From Lama glama (lineage: Eukaryota): 64,000 bases of DNA. The notes beneath the pieces are model-generated. The model ran no database searches and was not told the origin of the DNA. It saw nothing but the letters and a program-made list of their open reading frames with translations. A program made the position numbers and the translations under genes. Positions 13,476 through 25,562 of this stretch are shown one piece after another (the first letter of the stretch is position 1; each line of letters opens with the position of its first letter). The stretch covers positions 42,224,001 through 42,288,000 of the forward strand of contig CM052818.1 of the NCBI GenBank assembly GCA_028534125.1. The letters are read 5' to 3'.

Positions 13476-13604
13476 GATGGAATCTTTAAGATGAGCCTTT
13501 CTCCAGATGGGACCCTCCTTGCAGCCATTCACTTCTCAGGGAAACTAAGCATCTGGGCCATTCCGTCTCTGAAGCAGCAAGGGGAGTGGAATCAAAATGA
13601 GCAG
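13476..13604 (+). CDS. NBAS: NBAS exon (about exon 12), 129 nt, beta-propeller region
   Basis: Acceptor tctag, donor gtatgt; DGIFKMSLSPDGTLLAAIHFSGKLSIWAIPSLKQQGEWNQNEQ (WD40-like SPDG..LA motif). Confidence 0.96.
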
Positions 13605-14199
13605 GTATGTCTCTTGAATGTGATTATTCCCACAGTCAGTCTCGCTTAAGGGTGAACACTGACAGTATTCATCTCATTTTGATGATATTTCACTGTAAGT
13701 TACAGCTATAACTTACTCTCATGATTCCAAAGCTGTCCTATTCTTTACTTACCTTATAATATTATCAATGTAGTAGGACAGATTAAGAGCAGAGCAACAT
13801 TCTGTACTGGTGTGATTTTGTCCTGCGAACACGCACTCTGTGTACTGAGTGTAACCTGTCCGTTGAACTCCCTGTTTCTCCCTTTTGCTCGTATAATGCC
13901 GTGTGTTGTGACCGAGTGAAGAGTCAAGAAAAATCTGCTCAGTTAGATCCAGCTTCTGTTACAGATCTTTTACTCCTCTGAGTGTGATTTTGCATTTCAG
14001 CACTTGAAGTGTTCATTCTCCTCTCGCAACCCTGTTCCCCTTGCCTATAGGAATATCCTGTCACCAGCTTTGGTGAGCAGTGTTGTGATTCTAAGATAGG
14101 ATCATATTCCCTGAAAGGTCTGAATGGATCATGATCTTTTTATTAGCATTCTCTTGAGTTTCATGTCATCAAACTACACCATTAAAAGAATTCCCTCTC

Positions 14200-14329
14200 T
14201 TTTTTGGCGGGGAGGAGGAGGGAGGTAATTAGGTTTATTTATTTTAATGGAGGTACGGGGAACTGAACCCAGGACCTTGTGAGTGCTAAGTGCTCACTTA
14301 CCACTGAGCTATCTATATACCCTCCCCCC
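14200..14329 (-). mobile_element. tRNA-derived SINE (camelid Vic-1-like), copy 1
   Basis: Reverse strand reads GGGAGGGTATA..TAGCTCAGTGGT (A box)...GTCCTGGGTTCAGTTCCCC (B box)-GTACCTCCATTAAAATAAATAAACCTAATTACCTCC then an A tail; same body as copies 2 and 3. Confidence 0.85.
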
Positions 14330-17300
14330 GAACTCTCAATAAGCAAAGAGCATTTTGTATTTTTCAGAGCAGAGGAAGAGAGGGAGGGGCGGTACATTTT
14401 ATTACTCTTTTCACAGACTGAAACTTAATTTGTTTTTGCTATTCTTCAATTTGTTGTCTTATACACAATTTTAGGAAGAATTTTTTCCCCTCTAGTTCCT
14501 CATCACGTTGAATTTAATTCGGTCTCCACATCTCTGCCACTCTCTTTTGCTTATTGGATCTAAATTTGTTCTAAATGCAAGAGATCCTCTGCAGGTTTCA
14601 ACCTCAGGAGCCAAATACAGGGACATTTTATTCTCTCTCCTCTGATATGGTAGCTAAGTTGACTTACATTTTCACTCAGGTGGAGTGGATTCTCTCTCCA
14701 GACTGTTTGTTTAATGCATTCAGCGAGGCTCATCAGATAATTCCAAAAGGTACCATGCATTTTTCATGGTCATCAGTGCATGGTGATAAAATATATGTTA
14801 TTTGGGAAGATCCTGATGTTCTGTTATATGTGGGGAATTTACATTTGGGCAAGTTTTTTCTTAAAAGTGACCACTTTGATTGTTAAAGGCATTTCCCCCT
14901 GACTTTCTGTTTCCCTAATTTATTTTTATTCACCTGATAGAAATATTGATCAAGTTCTGAAGCACACTTTATATTTCACCTTGTGAGTACCCTAGAATGT
15001 CATACCTATAGCATAACAGCTATTCAAGAAAAATTGATTAGTGTGCTCTTTTGTTTCCTGAAATTATGGATGCCCTATTTTTTCCATGCAGAGATAAATT
15101 GTATCTGTCGTAGTCCACACTGACGACATTTGAATTTTTAACTAATCAGTCATTTTTGTTGTTAGTTGCCAGTCAATGTGATTACAACTCATTACTCTTT
15201 AGCTCATTAATGTTATTCACTAGACGTTTATGATGATTCTATTAAAAACACAAAAATTGTTTAAAAATCTTGAAACTCAAGAGTGAATAGATGTAAATAT
15301 CCAGATGTAGTCTGGAATAGGCCATCAGAAAAGTAACGTGGCAAGAAAGGAAGGGAATTCAAAAATGGCAGCAGAGATGCGTGGTGGAAGGAGGTCAGGC
15401 CAGAAATTTGTCTCTGGTGTTGTTCTGGGGAGAGTTGTTTGGACAGAAAGACTCAGGGTAGAGGAGCAGTTCATCAGGAATTGCTGAAGCCTGATACACT
15501 GTTGGACCTCCAGGAGTTTCCACCTCACCTCCTCTGATTCAGTGCCCCCAAAACAGTCTGCAGACAGACCATATAATGCTACAATTCTCAAGCCAGTTGT
15601 ATCTTTTATTACACTTTTACACATTTTGAGGGTTATGTATCAATTTCTTCTGATTTGGCTGGTATAAATTCTTTCCCTTGAATGTCTGAGTAAACTGGAA
15701 AAACCAGGATGTTGGAAACAGTGGACCTGGTTGCCGTCACCAAGGACATCTTGCAGGTAGTGGAATCCTTTGCTGAGGGAACAGTGGCTTCGCGAGGATG
15801 ACTGAACCTAACCCTGTTTTATTGCCTTTCCCACTGCTGCTGGCACACCCTCCCTCCAGAGTCGTCCTGTCACAGGCTGATGGCTGCCGGCCCCTCCCTC
15901 TTCTTGCTGCTGCTCAGCTCCTGGAAGGACTCCAGCTGAGCAGGGCGGACCCTGCCCTCTAAGACCCCTGCCAGTTTTAGCCTCAAAAGAAATTTTTGTC
16001 CAAAGTTGAAGGCATGGCGGGCATTTAATTTTATCCATTCTTTTTTTTTAAATTCTAAAATTATGGTCAAAATGCAAACTCCTCATTTCCCTGCTTTCTA
16101 GTCTGATCGTTATGCTGCGTCACACTTGCTCCCTGAACCCTCCTCTCCTGCTCCCTACTCTTGTCAGCCCTTCCTACTGTACGTTCTGAAAGTTCGTTCC
16201 ATCATAAACAAATGTCTGTGAGGCTTCGGTGTTTTCAGAGAACACTCTTTGATACACTGACGTCTGTGGTTGCTCTGGGAAGTCAATGGGTGGCCGATTA
16301 GTTTAAAATAGAGCACATGAGAATATATATCACATAGTCCGCCTGTAATTTTAGCTTAAATGTTGCCCGAGAAGAAACTCATGTTCCTGGTGCCTGATAC
16401 AGCCTCTGAAGTCTTTTCCCAAATTGGGAATTCAGCTTATCTGGGCCTTTCTTCATGCAATGTGCTACTTTATTCGTTTTCATAATACGCTTTCTTTGAA
16501 TGAGTGTTTTCTCCATAAAATCTAAGGATTGAGGATAGTTGTGGAAGTGTCTGTTCTGATTTACTTGTATCCAGTTTTGAGTTGATTAAATACTTCGGCT
16601 TTCATTGTCAGTATGAAAATCCATCTGGCTAGAAATCTGTGAGCATTAAGTTTTGTTCATGTTTGGAATATATAGTAAAACTGCCAAAGTGATCTCCCTT
16701 CCAGACATTTCCCATATGTTATGTTTATACAGTCACATCTCATTTTTGGCCTTAAATTTTCTCTGAAGAAGTTTTATTACTTATCTGTACTTTCTTAGAT
16801 GTAGTAGAGATAAAACTTACCTTTTCCACCTGATTTTGTTTCCCCTTTGACACACAGTAGGTACTGAACTGATTCTGTCAAGTGCATGAGTCAGTGAAGG
16901 ATGAGTGGGAAGATGACAGTTCGTGTAATTCGTCTTGATACACTCCGCAGCTGTTTTCACAGCTTCGCTAGGCTGCCCGCTCTTGGAGAAGAGGCACTGA
17001 ATACATATTTCTTCCCTGATATCTAACCAAGGGCTTGGCGTATTAAATACTAATAAATGTTTATGTTTCGAATGTAAACATTCGAAAGTTTGCTTTTATG
17101 CTACTGGCAACCAGGGCTTTGTTATATTTACCTTCCAGCCATTAAAAAAAGTCAACAAATAAAATCCTTACATCTGAAGAAAACAGATTTAAGCCATATG
17201 CTTTAGCCATATAATAACCTTTCTGTACAAAATCTCTACCTGTATTCTTAGGACCTTCTCCCCTAGGCTGCGGCTGTAAAGTGAGCGCACCTGAGGCTGT

Positions 17301-17769
17301 TTTCAGACACATTTAGCGTGCCATACAAAAAGGAGTGACGTGGAGGTTGCTCCTCGGAATGTGTCAACGTAGCACAAGTGAGGACCCCTCTGTGCTTTCA
17401 TGGCCGTCTTGGGAGCTTGTGATCATGTCCTCCAAGCAGCGGCCCACAGTGTGCACATCAGATGCTGTAAAGCACGGCCAGTTCACGGTTCTCTTCACAG
17501 ATGGAGGCCCTGAGGGTGAAGAAGAGTGGGAAGCCGGGGCCAGTTTGAGTAGTGTGAAGGGAGCAGTGGGAATGTCAGCTTAGACAGTGGCAGGGGACGA
17601 GCTGTCAGGTTGCTGCTCTGGTCAGGCCGTCTCTGCCTGAAGCAGAGTTCAGTTTGGGATTTTGTCTGGGCTTCTTTCTAAATGTACTGTACAGATAATT
17701 TCATCAGACTCCTGCAGATTATGAAGTTGAGCATTTACTTCAGATACGTAGACTGAATCTGCTGTCTAC

Positions 17770-18288
17770 TTCTAAGAGGCATATACCCAGAAGAACTGGT
17801 AACAGATACTCAAACAAATGCATTTGCAGACATGTTCACAGCAGCACCATTAACAACAGCCTCGGGTGGAAACAACCCAAGTGTCTACTAATGGAAGCCT
17901 GGATAGACATGCTATGGTATATACTTGCAGTAGAATATTACACAGCCATAAAGAGGAAATGAACCACTAGTACCTGCTACAAGTTGGATGAGCCCCAAGA
18001 ACGTTATGATAAGCAAAAGAAGCCAGATGCACAAGGTTACGTATTGAGTCCATTTGTACAAAATATCTAGAATAGGCAAATCCACAAAGTAGATTGGTGG
18101 TGACTGGGGCTGTGGGGAGAAGAAAAGGAAAGTTACTGCTTAATGAGTAAGAGGTTTTATTTTGAAGTGATAAAAATGTTTTGAAACTGGATGGAGGTAG
18201 AACACTGGGAATGTGCTAAGTGCGTTACTCTGAATTACTCATTTAAAAATGGTTAATTTTATGTTACATTAATTTCACCAGTGAAAAA
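17770..18288 (+). mobile_element. L1MB-like 3' end, sense
   Basis: ggcatatacccagaagaactg, ggaaacaacccaagtgtc, gaatattacacagccataaa, aaaagaagccaga, aaaatggttaattttatgttac. Confidence 0.85.
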
Positions 18289-20178
18289 ATGATCTCATTA
18301 ATCCTCTCCCCTTCAGAAGTACCCAAAACAAACAAAAAATGCATAGAATGAGAACATGACGCCCAGCAGTCCTGTACTTCAAACTGACCGACTCTTTTTC
18401 TTGAATGAACCTAGCATTTTCCTGCCTGTGCCTTCTGTTCCCATCGTGCTCTCTGACCAGAGTTTCTTCCTCCACCCATTTCCCACATCCAGATCTTATC
18501 CAGTCTTAAACTCCATGAGGCTTTCTTTGTTTCTCTTCCGCTCCCTTCATCTTTCTGAATTCTGTATTCAAAATGATCTCTTCATCCTTTAAAGACCCCT
18601 GGCACTTTTCTCTGTCCCTCTTTCTGGGCGGTTATCAGGTTTGACCTTGCGTGATAGTCGTTTATCACCACTTCTTAGCTGTCTGTGTGCTTTAGTAGCA
18701 GCCTGTAATATCTGACTTCTTTTTCCCCCTTCTCTCACACTGTAAGTGCATAGTATTCATTGACCTAAGTAACAGAAGAAACCACGCATTTGAGAAGGTG
18801 CAGGAATAGTACTGTGTCAGCTGATTTTCCTGTAGCTTAGACATTCTAGTTAGGGCTCAGTGATTCAGAAGGTTGATTAGTTCGTTCATACATTCAGCTT
18901 GTACCTGCTATGACGGGTGGACACTGACAGGTGCGGGAATTCAAGGATGACTGACAGAGTACTGGATGCAGAGGAACACATCTTCACCTTGTATTGAAAA
19001 CCGATTTCACCAGAGACACCTGTTGTGTAAGCAAGGCCCATGGAACGCTCTGGTCCCCCGCGGTCTGGAGCCTGGCTCTAGTAAGCTCTGGCACTGCTTG
19101 TTCATGGTGCTCTTACTTATCACTGGTTTTGAGGAAAACGAGCACACTTCGACTTCTCAAAGTACTTATGCCAATGAGATGATTTCTTTTTGCATTTTTC
19201 TTAAGATTTCTTTTAAAATTTCTTTATAGGGTATATGTCCTTAAAGTCACCCAAGGCTGAATTGTAATTGTTATTGGTGAGGCTTTAAGTTTTCAAGTGT
19301 TATCCCATACTTCCCTTGTCTATTACAGAATGTAAGGAGGCACACATGTCATCATGTAAATAAATGCCTCTGCACTTGTGGTGCTGTTGGTGGCAGGTAC
19401 AGCTGGTGATTTGGAGGTATTGAAAACTTTAAAGGTGCCTTATAAATGGCAAATGAGATTTCAGTTTAGTGGATTATTTTTAGTAATATGTACCGTATTA
19501 TATTCTAATTCTTTGAAACTTAGTATTTTTCTTTTTTTAATAATCAAAGAAACCAGGACAACTTATTTCTTCCCCTGATATATAAATAGCCTTTTATGGC
19601 AACTTTTTTTTGGTAAAGTTAAAGAATTATATCTTCTCTTCTCAGGGATTGCTCTGAGCAACTTAGCATAGTAGAAAGTTCTTTTAGGCCATGGAAACAA
19701 ATATCAATTTTAAAACTCTAGATCTGCTGATAAACTGGTATAAAATGTATATGCTTATTCTGTTACATTAGGCGAAAGAGCACATTTTAACTTAAGTACA
19801 ACATCACTTTTTTTTAGGCTTAAAATTTCAGACAAACCCTCAAATGATATTTTGCTGTGTTTCCCCATCCTGTTGTGATTCTGTAGGTTATGGAATTAGC
19901 AGTATTTGTATTGAGTGTGTACTTACCATCATTGTTCTTAATCATGCTGTTTTCTTCATTAAATTGAGTCACATACTTGCATGTGCACATTTTCAGTGTA
20001 AGAACAACTACTTTGCAAGATCTTGGAGAGGAATAGATTTCAACTAGGTGTAATTAAGAGAGCAAAGGAAAGCGTCATTTTTTATTTTGTTTTAAAAAAT
20101 TCATAGTTCTTGATGATGTTCTCGTAATTTCCTTACATTGTTGACTCAAGAAGTTTTTTGCGTATGTTTCACATTCAG

Positions 20179-20242
20179 CCAGGCTATGATGACCTTAATC
20201 CTAACTGGAGACTCTCTCCTGAGAAGAGAAAAAAAATCAAAG
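20179..20242 (+). CDS. NBAS: NBAS exon (about exon 13), 64 nt, phase 0-1
   Basis: Acceptor cattcag, donor gtgagt; PGYDDLNPNWRLSPEKRKKIK plus the first base of D. Confidence 0.95.
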
Positions 20243-20319
20243 GTGAGTTTTATCAAGTATGATGATTACAACATTAAGAGACTCCTGTTGTATAATAATG
20301 GTGCTTTTTAGATGATATA

Positions 20320-20900
20320 TACAGAGGATGGAAAAATCTTTTTCTTTCTACTGTCCTAGGTTCTCTGGCTAGGGCCCTGTAAAATAAAGACTGACAAAAG
20401 ACAGATTAGTACGAGAAAAACCAAAAGAAATGTATTAGTATGTACAATTGAGTTTATACACGGGGATACCCAGAGATGAGTAACTCCAAGGGTTGGCTGG
20501 AAGTTGGACTTGCGTAGTATCTAAACAAAGGAACAGTAAATTTTTAGAGAGGTAACAAGACAAAGGAAAAGAAGTTTGAGTTTCTATGAGTGGCAATTGT
20601 GGAAATGCAAATATATAGAGGAAGTAATGGAAGGTAAGCACGAGTTAGTTTTTTATGTAGATTCTTTTGGTGCAGTCCCTGAGCCAGTAAGAGTCTACAG
20701 TTGTATCCAGTGATTAACTATTGTCCTTCCTGGTAGAGAGCTGAGAGGGGAAGGGCTTTGTAAAAGTATGTCCTACTTTTAGGTAAATAGGAGGAAGGCA
20801 CAGAGCTTTTCTTGTATCTGTTTCTTAATTGCTTCCAGATCAAAATGATCCTTATGCTGAAGTGGCATATTTTGGGGGTGGCGTATTCTGCTACTCTTCA
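20320..20900 (-). mobile_element. ERV1 solo LTR, MER34-family
   Basis: Reverse strand starts TGAAGAGTAGCAGAATACGCCACCCCCAAAATATGCCACTTCAGCATAAGG (MER34A-like); flanked by a 4-bp TATA duplication at 20316-20319 and 20901-20904. Confidence 0.85.
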
Positions 20901-21455
20901 TATAAAGGTCTCCAGATACTTCTGCTTCACTTTGGAAGGAGCCACCAGGATTTTATAGAAATGGTACAACGCAACAGATCCACTTCTCTGATGGTCATGT
21001 TGTTAACATTTTGGGATTTTCCAAGGCTATGCAGAGCCTGTGGCATCCAGCAGGGCTCTCCCTCCACAGGCCAATGTGGACATGGCACACCGAGTTCAAA
21101 GCTCCTGAGCGTTCTCCTTTTAAAGTGTGGAGGAGATAGCAGAAAGGGATTCCTCCAAGGCTCAACTCTGAGTAGTTATCTCTGGGGCTGGGTGAGGGGT
21201 GGAAGGAGGTAGGTAATGAGAGATTGGAGGGGCTTTTTTTTTAAAATGATGAATATGTATTTTATAAATAGAAAAAAATCCCCAGTATTTACATTTAAAT
21301 AAAAGCAATAGTGATTATTTAATTGATAGTTAAAATTAAAAAGAAAACTTAAAAAATTAAGAGTTACTTTGAATAATTGGTTCATTTTTCTTGTGGTGAA
21401 ACTCCCCAAGTTAAACATTTCTACATTTTTAAGTGTCTCCTATAAAAATGAATGA

Positions 21456-21519
21456 TACTGTGTTGTGTACCAGAAATTGACACATTGTAACTGACTATAT
21501 ACTTCAATTGAAAAGAAAC
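21456..21519 (+). mobile_element. Very short lineage-specific L1 3' terminus
   Basis: tgtgtaccagaaattgacacattgtaactgactatatacttcaa plus an A-rich tail; reverse complement of the L1 end seen at about 42420-42470. Confidence 0.7.
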
Positions 21520-22166
21520 AATGATGGTTACAAGATTCAACATCTTTATTAAATTATGCTTCTAATTTACACTTAAAAAGCCTTAAAGTATTGATTCATT
21601 AATATTATGTGTCATGTTCATGTATTATTTGCGTTTGTTATATAATCATCCAAAATGCTCTTTCAGAAAAACATTTTTGAGAAAAAAATTTAATTTGTCA
21701 AAGCAGAAGGTTGACTGCATATTTAAATGATTTACTCCTTTTCATCCCACTTTACACTTATCTATAAGTCCAGAAACTCTGCTTTTCATATTTTCTTGGA
21801 ATTCCTTATTTATATAGATTGCTTTAGACTAAAATTGGAAGAAAATCTTGAGTTGTATGGTCTTAGTTTTTCAATTAAAATGATGAGTTATTCTCATGGA
21901 GCTAACCTTCTGTTTTAAAATCTCTATCTCCTTAGCCAAACTGTTTACATATATTTTAAAATTTATGATTTACTGTTGTATTACCTTTAAACCTCATCAG
22001 ATCCTTAGTGGAACAAGTAAAGTATTAAAAAGGGCAAAGCAATTATAATAAATATCCTGCCATTTCCTTTTGAGTGCCTCAGTTCAGTGAACCATAATTC
22101 ATTTTTATCCCTCTCAAATTCTTTACTGGTCTTGAATGTATTTTCCTCTTTCTGATTAGTTGTAAG

Positions 22167-22613
22167 TGTAGGGGAGGATAAATTCTTTTTCCTACTACCC
22201 TATTAGATTCTCCAACTGAGTACCCAGTAAATTGCTCTAACAAAAGACAGATTCACAAGAAAAAAGCTTACACACGTATTTAATAAAAGTTTCAGGGACA
22301 CAGGAGCCTTCATAAGGAAATGATGACCTGAGGAAGAGGTAAACCTGATTAGTTTTAGACTAGGTTGGTTGAAGAGTGAAAAGTTATGGGAAAACATGGT
22401 AGGACAAGAGGGTCTGAGCTAAGGGTAGTAAACTGGGAGAAACTTGGCAAGGCCTGTTCGTTTTAATTCTTCTTGGCTTCCCTCCGTCTTTGGAGATGAG
22501 GATCCTCCTCTTCTCCAGGTATGGAGAGGGCACCTCTCACAGGAGGAGCCTACTACCTGCTCCGCAGGAAGGTCAGGCGGTCCTTCCTGAACCTGGTATG
22601 TCTCAGATTCCTT
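22167..22613 (-). mobile_element. Second MER34-family-like LTR (partial)
   Basis: Begins tgtaggggagg and shares acaaaagacagatt and ggagccttcata motifs with MER34-type LTRs; the other end is missing. Confidence 0.7.
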
Positions 22614-22919
22614 TGTGCAAACCTACCTTTAACTTCTACGAATATTGTTCAGTTTTCGAGAGGAAAGACCTGAATGTATTTACCTCTGCATCCTAGGATT
22701 TTGGACTCTAACATTATTAGCACTAAGATGTTCACTAAGTAAATTACCATCTTATTCTTGAGTAAAAATTTGAATGATGACTTACATTTTATTTATTCTT
22801 ATTATTTATCACATATCTTAGGACCCAAATATGTTTTAAAATTGATTATTGGACTGAATGTGTTGTATTTAAACCACATTGACAGAGGCATTTGTGTTGA
22901 TTTACTTTTCCCCCATTAG

Positions 22920-23113
22920 ATAAGGAGTCCTTCTACCCACTGATAGATGTGAACTGGTGGATGGACAGTGCAGTGACTTTGGCTCGCTGCTCTGGTGCTT
23001 TGACTGTCTCGTCGGTGAAAACTTTAAAGAACTTACTGGGAAAATCCTGTGAATGGTTTGAGCCATCCCCTCAAGTCACTGCGACCCATGACGGGGGATT
23101 TTTAAGTTTGGAG
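22920..23113 (+). CDS. NBAS: NBAS exon (about exon 14), 194 nt, phase 1-0
   Basis: Acceptor ttttcccccattag, donor gtaatg; (D)KESFYPLIDVNWWMDSAVTLARCSGALTVSSVKTLKNLLGKSCEWFEPSPQVTATHDGGFLSLE (overlaps ORF 22949..23212). Confidence 0.97.
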
Positions 23114-24228
23114 GTAATGTTTTCCCTTTTAAAGCAACCAGGGTGTTTGAGAGTAAACATGTGTTGTACCAAAAATCTAAATATCTTTAATTTTTGTTTT
23201 CCCATTATTTAATCTTTAAAAACAAAAATTTATTACTTGAATCAGAGATTGAGTTCAGTGTAAAAAAAAGATCTGTTGTTTAGTCAACTTTAAAAATTGC
23301 ATTGTGTAAGAAAGAACATTTATAGTTGTTTTGTTTTCTATAAAGCATTTCTTCTTCATCAACATGATAGATTTTGTTTTCTTTTTCCTAGATTAGTTAC
23401 CTTAAAATGTAAATAGTATTACTACGTAAGAAATACAGTCATTAACCTTTTTCCATGAAGTGTGACAACTTAAAACTTTTGGTTCTTTTAGTAAGAAAAA
23501 CTTGTTTATCATGACAAAAGTTTTGAAAAGAGGCTGGTACTTTAAAGTTATGTTTTGGTTATTTACAATTTTTCTTTTAAGCCTTTCAGTGGTAATTAAC
23601 CTTCAACAGTTTTCACTTCAGTGCAGACTGACAAATGTTTTTTACCCTAAAGTTTGGTGCTGAGTCTAAAGATGTTCTTTAAAGAGAACCATGGTTTAAA
23701 ACCTAAGCCAACTCTGTTGAGTCTGCAATGAAAATTATCTTTAACAGGCAGGCCTTCAGACTCAGAACTTTGTGAAGCTTTAGACATTGTTTAAAAGTGG
23801 GTGGTTGGGGAGAGCTGTCTTGGTAAAGCAAATAAATACCTTCATGCTGTTTTCTAAATAGACCCAAAAAATCATCTTTTCACAGCAGGTACAAAAATAT
23901 CAAAAGGAAAGAAATTAACATTCTCGACTCCTTTATTTCCCTAAAATGATTTCCAGGCATGTATTTTACAAGACCATGTGACTGACCTATTATTACAGCA
24001 GGTTTTCATTTTAGAGGTTTGGAGCCAGTAACTTCTGTGCATCTTCCTGGAGGTGCTGATGTTCATAGTGTTTGTTGTTGGGCTCCTTGGAATTCCATCC
24101 TGAGCCTTAATCACAGGGCTGGTATAATGAATCAGACCAGAGTAGAATTAAAAACAGTTTTCTCATTACCTCGAAAAATTTGTCTTTAGTTCCTCACTAT
24201 TAATTTAGCATCTCCTTTTTCAATTCAG

Positions 24229-24486
24229 TGCGAGATTAAACTTGCCCCCAAGCGATCCCGTTTGGAGACGAGAGGAGGAGAGGAGGACGAAGGAGAAGAG
24301 GACTCGGATTCTGATCAGGAAGGATCTGCCAAGGCTCGCTACTTTGGTTACATAAAGCAGGGCCTGTACTTGGTGACGGAAATGGAGCGATTCGCCCCGC
24401 CGCGGACTCGCCCGCGAACCATCACTAAAAACTACCGCCTGGTGAGCCTGCGCTCCACGAGCCCCGAGGAGCTGTACCAGAGGAAG
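24229..24486 (+). CDS. NBAS: NBAS exon (about exon 15), 258 nt, acidic linker
   Basis: Acceptor ctttttcaattcag, donor gtgaga; CEIKLAPKRSRLETRGGEEDEGEEDSDSDQEGSAKARYFGYIKQGLYLVTEMERFAPPRTRPRTITKNYRLVSLRSTSPEELYQRK. Confidence 0.97.
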
Positions 24487-25170
24487 GTGAGAGTCTGTTC
24501 CTGTCCGAGTGCATAGGCAGCAGGCTTTGCTGCATTCCACTGAAGGAAAAAACGATTTCTTTTAATCAACGAAGAAATTTAAAGAGAGATTGTTCTATGG
24601 CCAACATGTTAGAAATGTCAGGATTACAAAGCTTTTGAAAATAGTGCTGGCCTTTGTGCCTGACTAATCAAAATAAAAACAGTGGACAAAAGGCGAATTC
24701 ACCTAGACTGTCCCTCTGGGGCTCAGCCCAGGTTTTTCTATCCTTCACGTGGCCTTCAGCTCTCCCTTAGCTGGGTGTAAGGACAGCTCTCTGCTCAGAC
24801 TGCAGATGCTGCGGGAAGAAACGCAGACCTGCGTTGGTCGGGGTTTGCTTGGGAGGCAGACTCGATCGGCACTGCGCCGCAGCGCCGCGGGCGGAGTTGC
24901 ACTGTCCGTCTCGGCTTTGCCATTGTTTCACTCTGTAAATGTGGACATTTCACTCCTTCTCAGCTTTCTGGTAAAGTGCTTACAAGAAGTACTTGCTCTG
25001 TCTGCCCCTCCTAATGCCGGTGAGCTTCTGGCGCCCCAGGGCACGAGGTAGTTAGGAACGCAGGACCTACTGTACAGGGTGAGGGGCTGTCATCCCTCAC
25101 GGTATCATCACAGCGATGCCACGGACACTTCGTTAATGTAACCTTCCTGTTTCCGTTTCCTCGTCCCAAG

Positions 25171-25296
25171 ATCGAAAGTGAAGAGTACGAGGAAGCCTTG
25201 TCTCTGGCTCAGACTTACGGCCTGGATACTGACCTGGTGTATCAGAGGCAGTGGAGGAAGTCGGCTGTCAACGTTGCTTCTATTCAGAATTACCTG
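25171..25296 (+). CDS. NBAS: NBAS exon (about exon 16), 126 nt
   Basis: Acceptor tttcctcgtcccaag, donor gtatgt; IESEEYEEALSLAQTYGLDTDLVYQRQWRKSAVNVASIQNYL. Confidence 0.97.
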
Positions 25297-25562
25297 GTAT
25301 GTTTGAACGCTTTGGGAACGTGTAGTGAAATTCAAACACATGGACATCTTTTGGTTGTAGGGCTTCCCGTTGGAGTCCTCTTCATTGCTGGCTTTTCTGC
25401 AGCCGACTCAGCCTTGGGAAGTGATCTTGTTATCGATTCTGTCAGCTCTGCAGCTGGACATTGGTGCTGAAGAGGTGTGAGCAGATACTCACTGATGCAG
25501 CAGCCAACTAGCTAGTCTTGGCCTAATCCTTTCCCTTCATCTACCTCAGTTACCTCTGTTCA

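Noticed and set aside
15808..16070. GC-rich minus-strand ORFs as a possible processed pseudogene
   Set aside because: No protein I recognise, and no polyA tail or TSD; a BLASTX search would be needed to reopen it.
20320..22613. Possible provirus bounded by two LTRs
   Set aside because: The LTRs are clearly different, the first has its own TSD, and the intervening 1.27 kb is AT-rich with no viral coding remnants.
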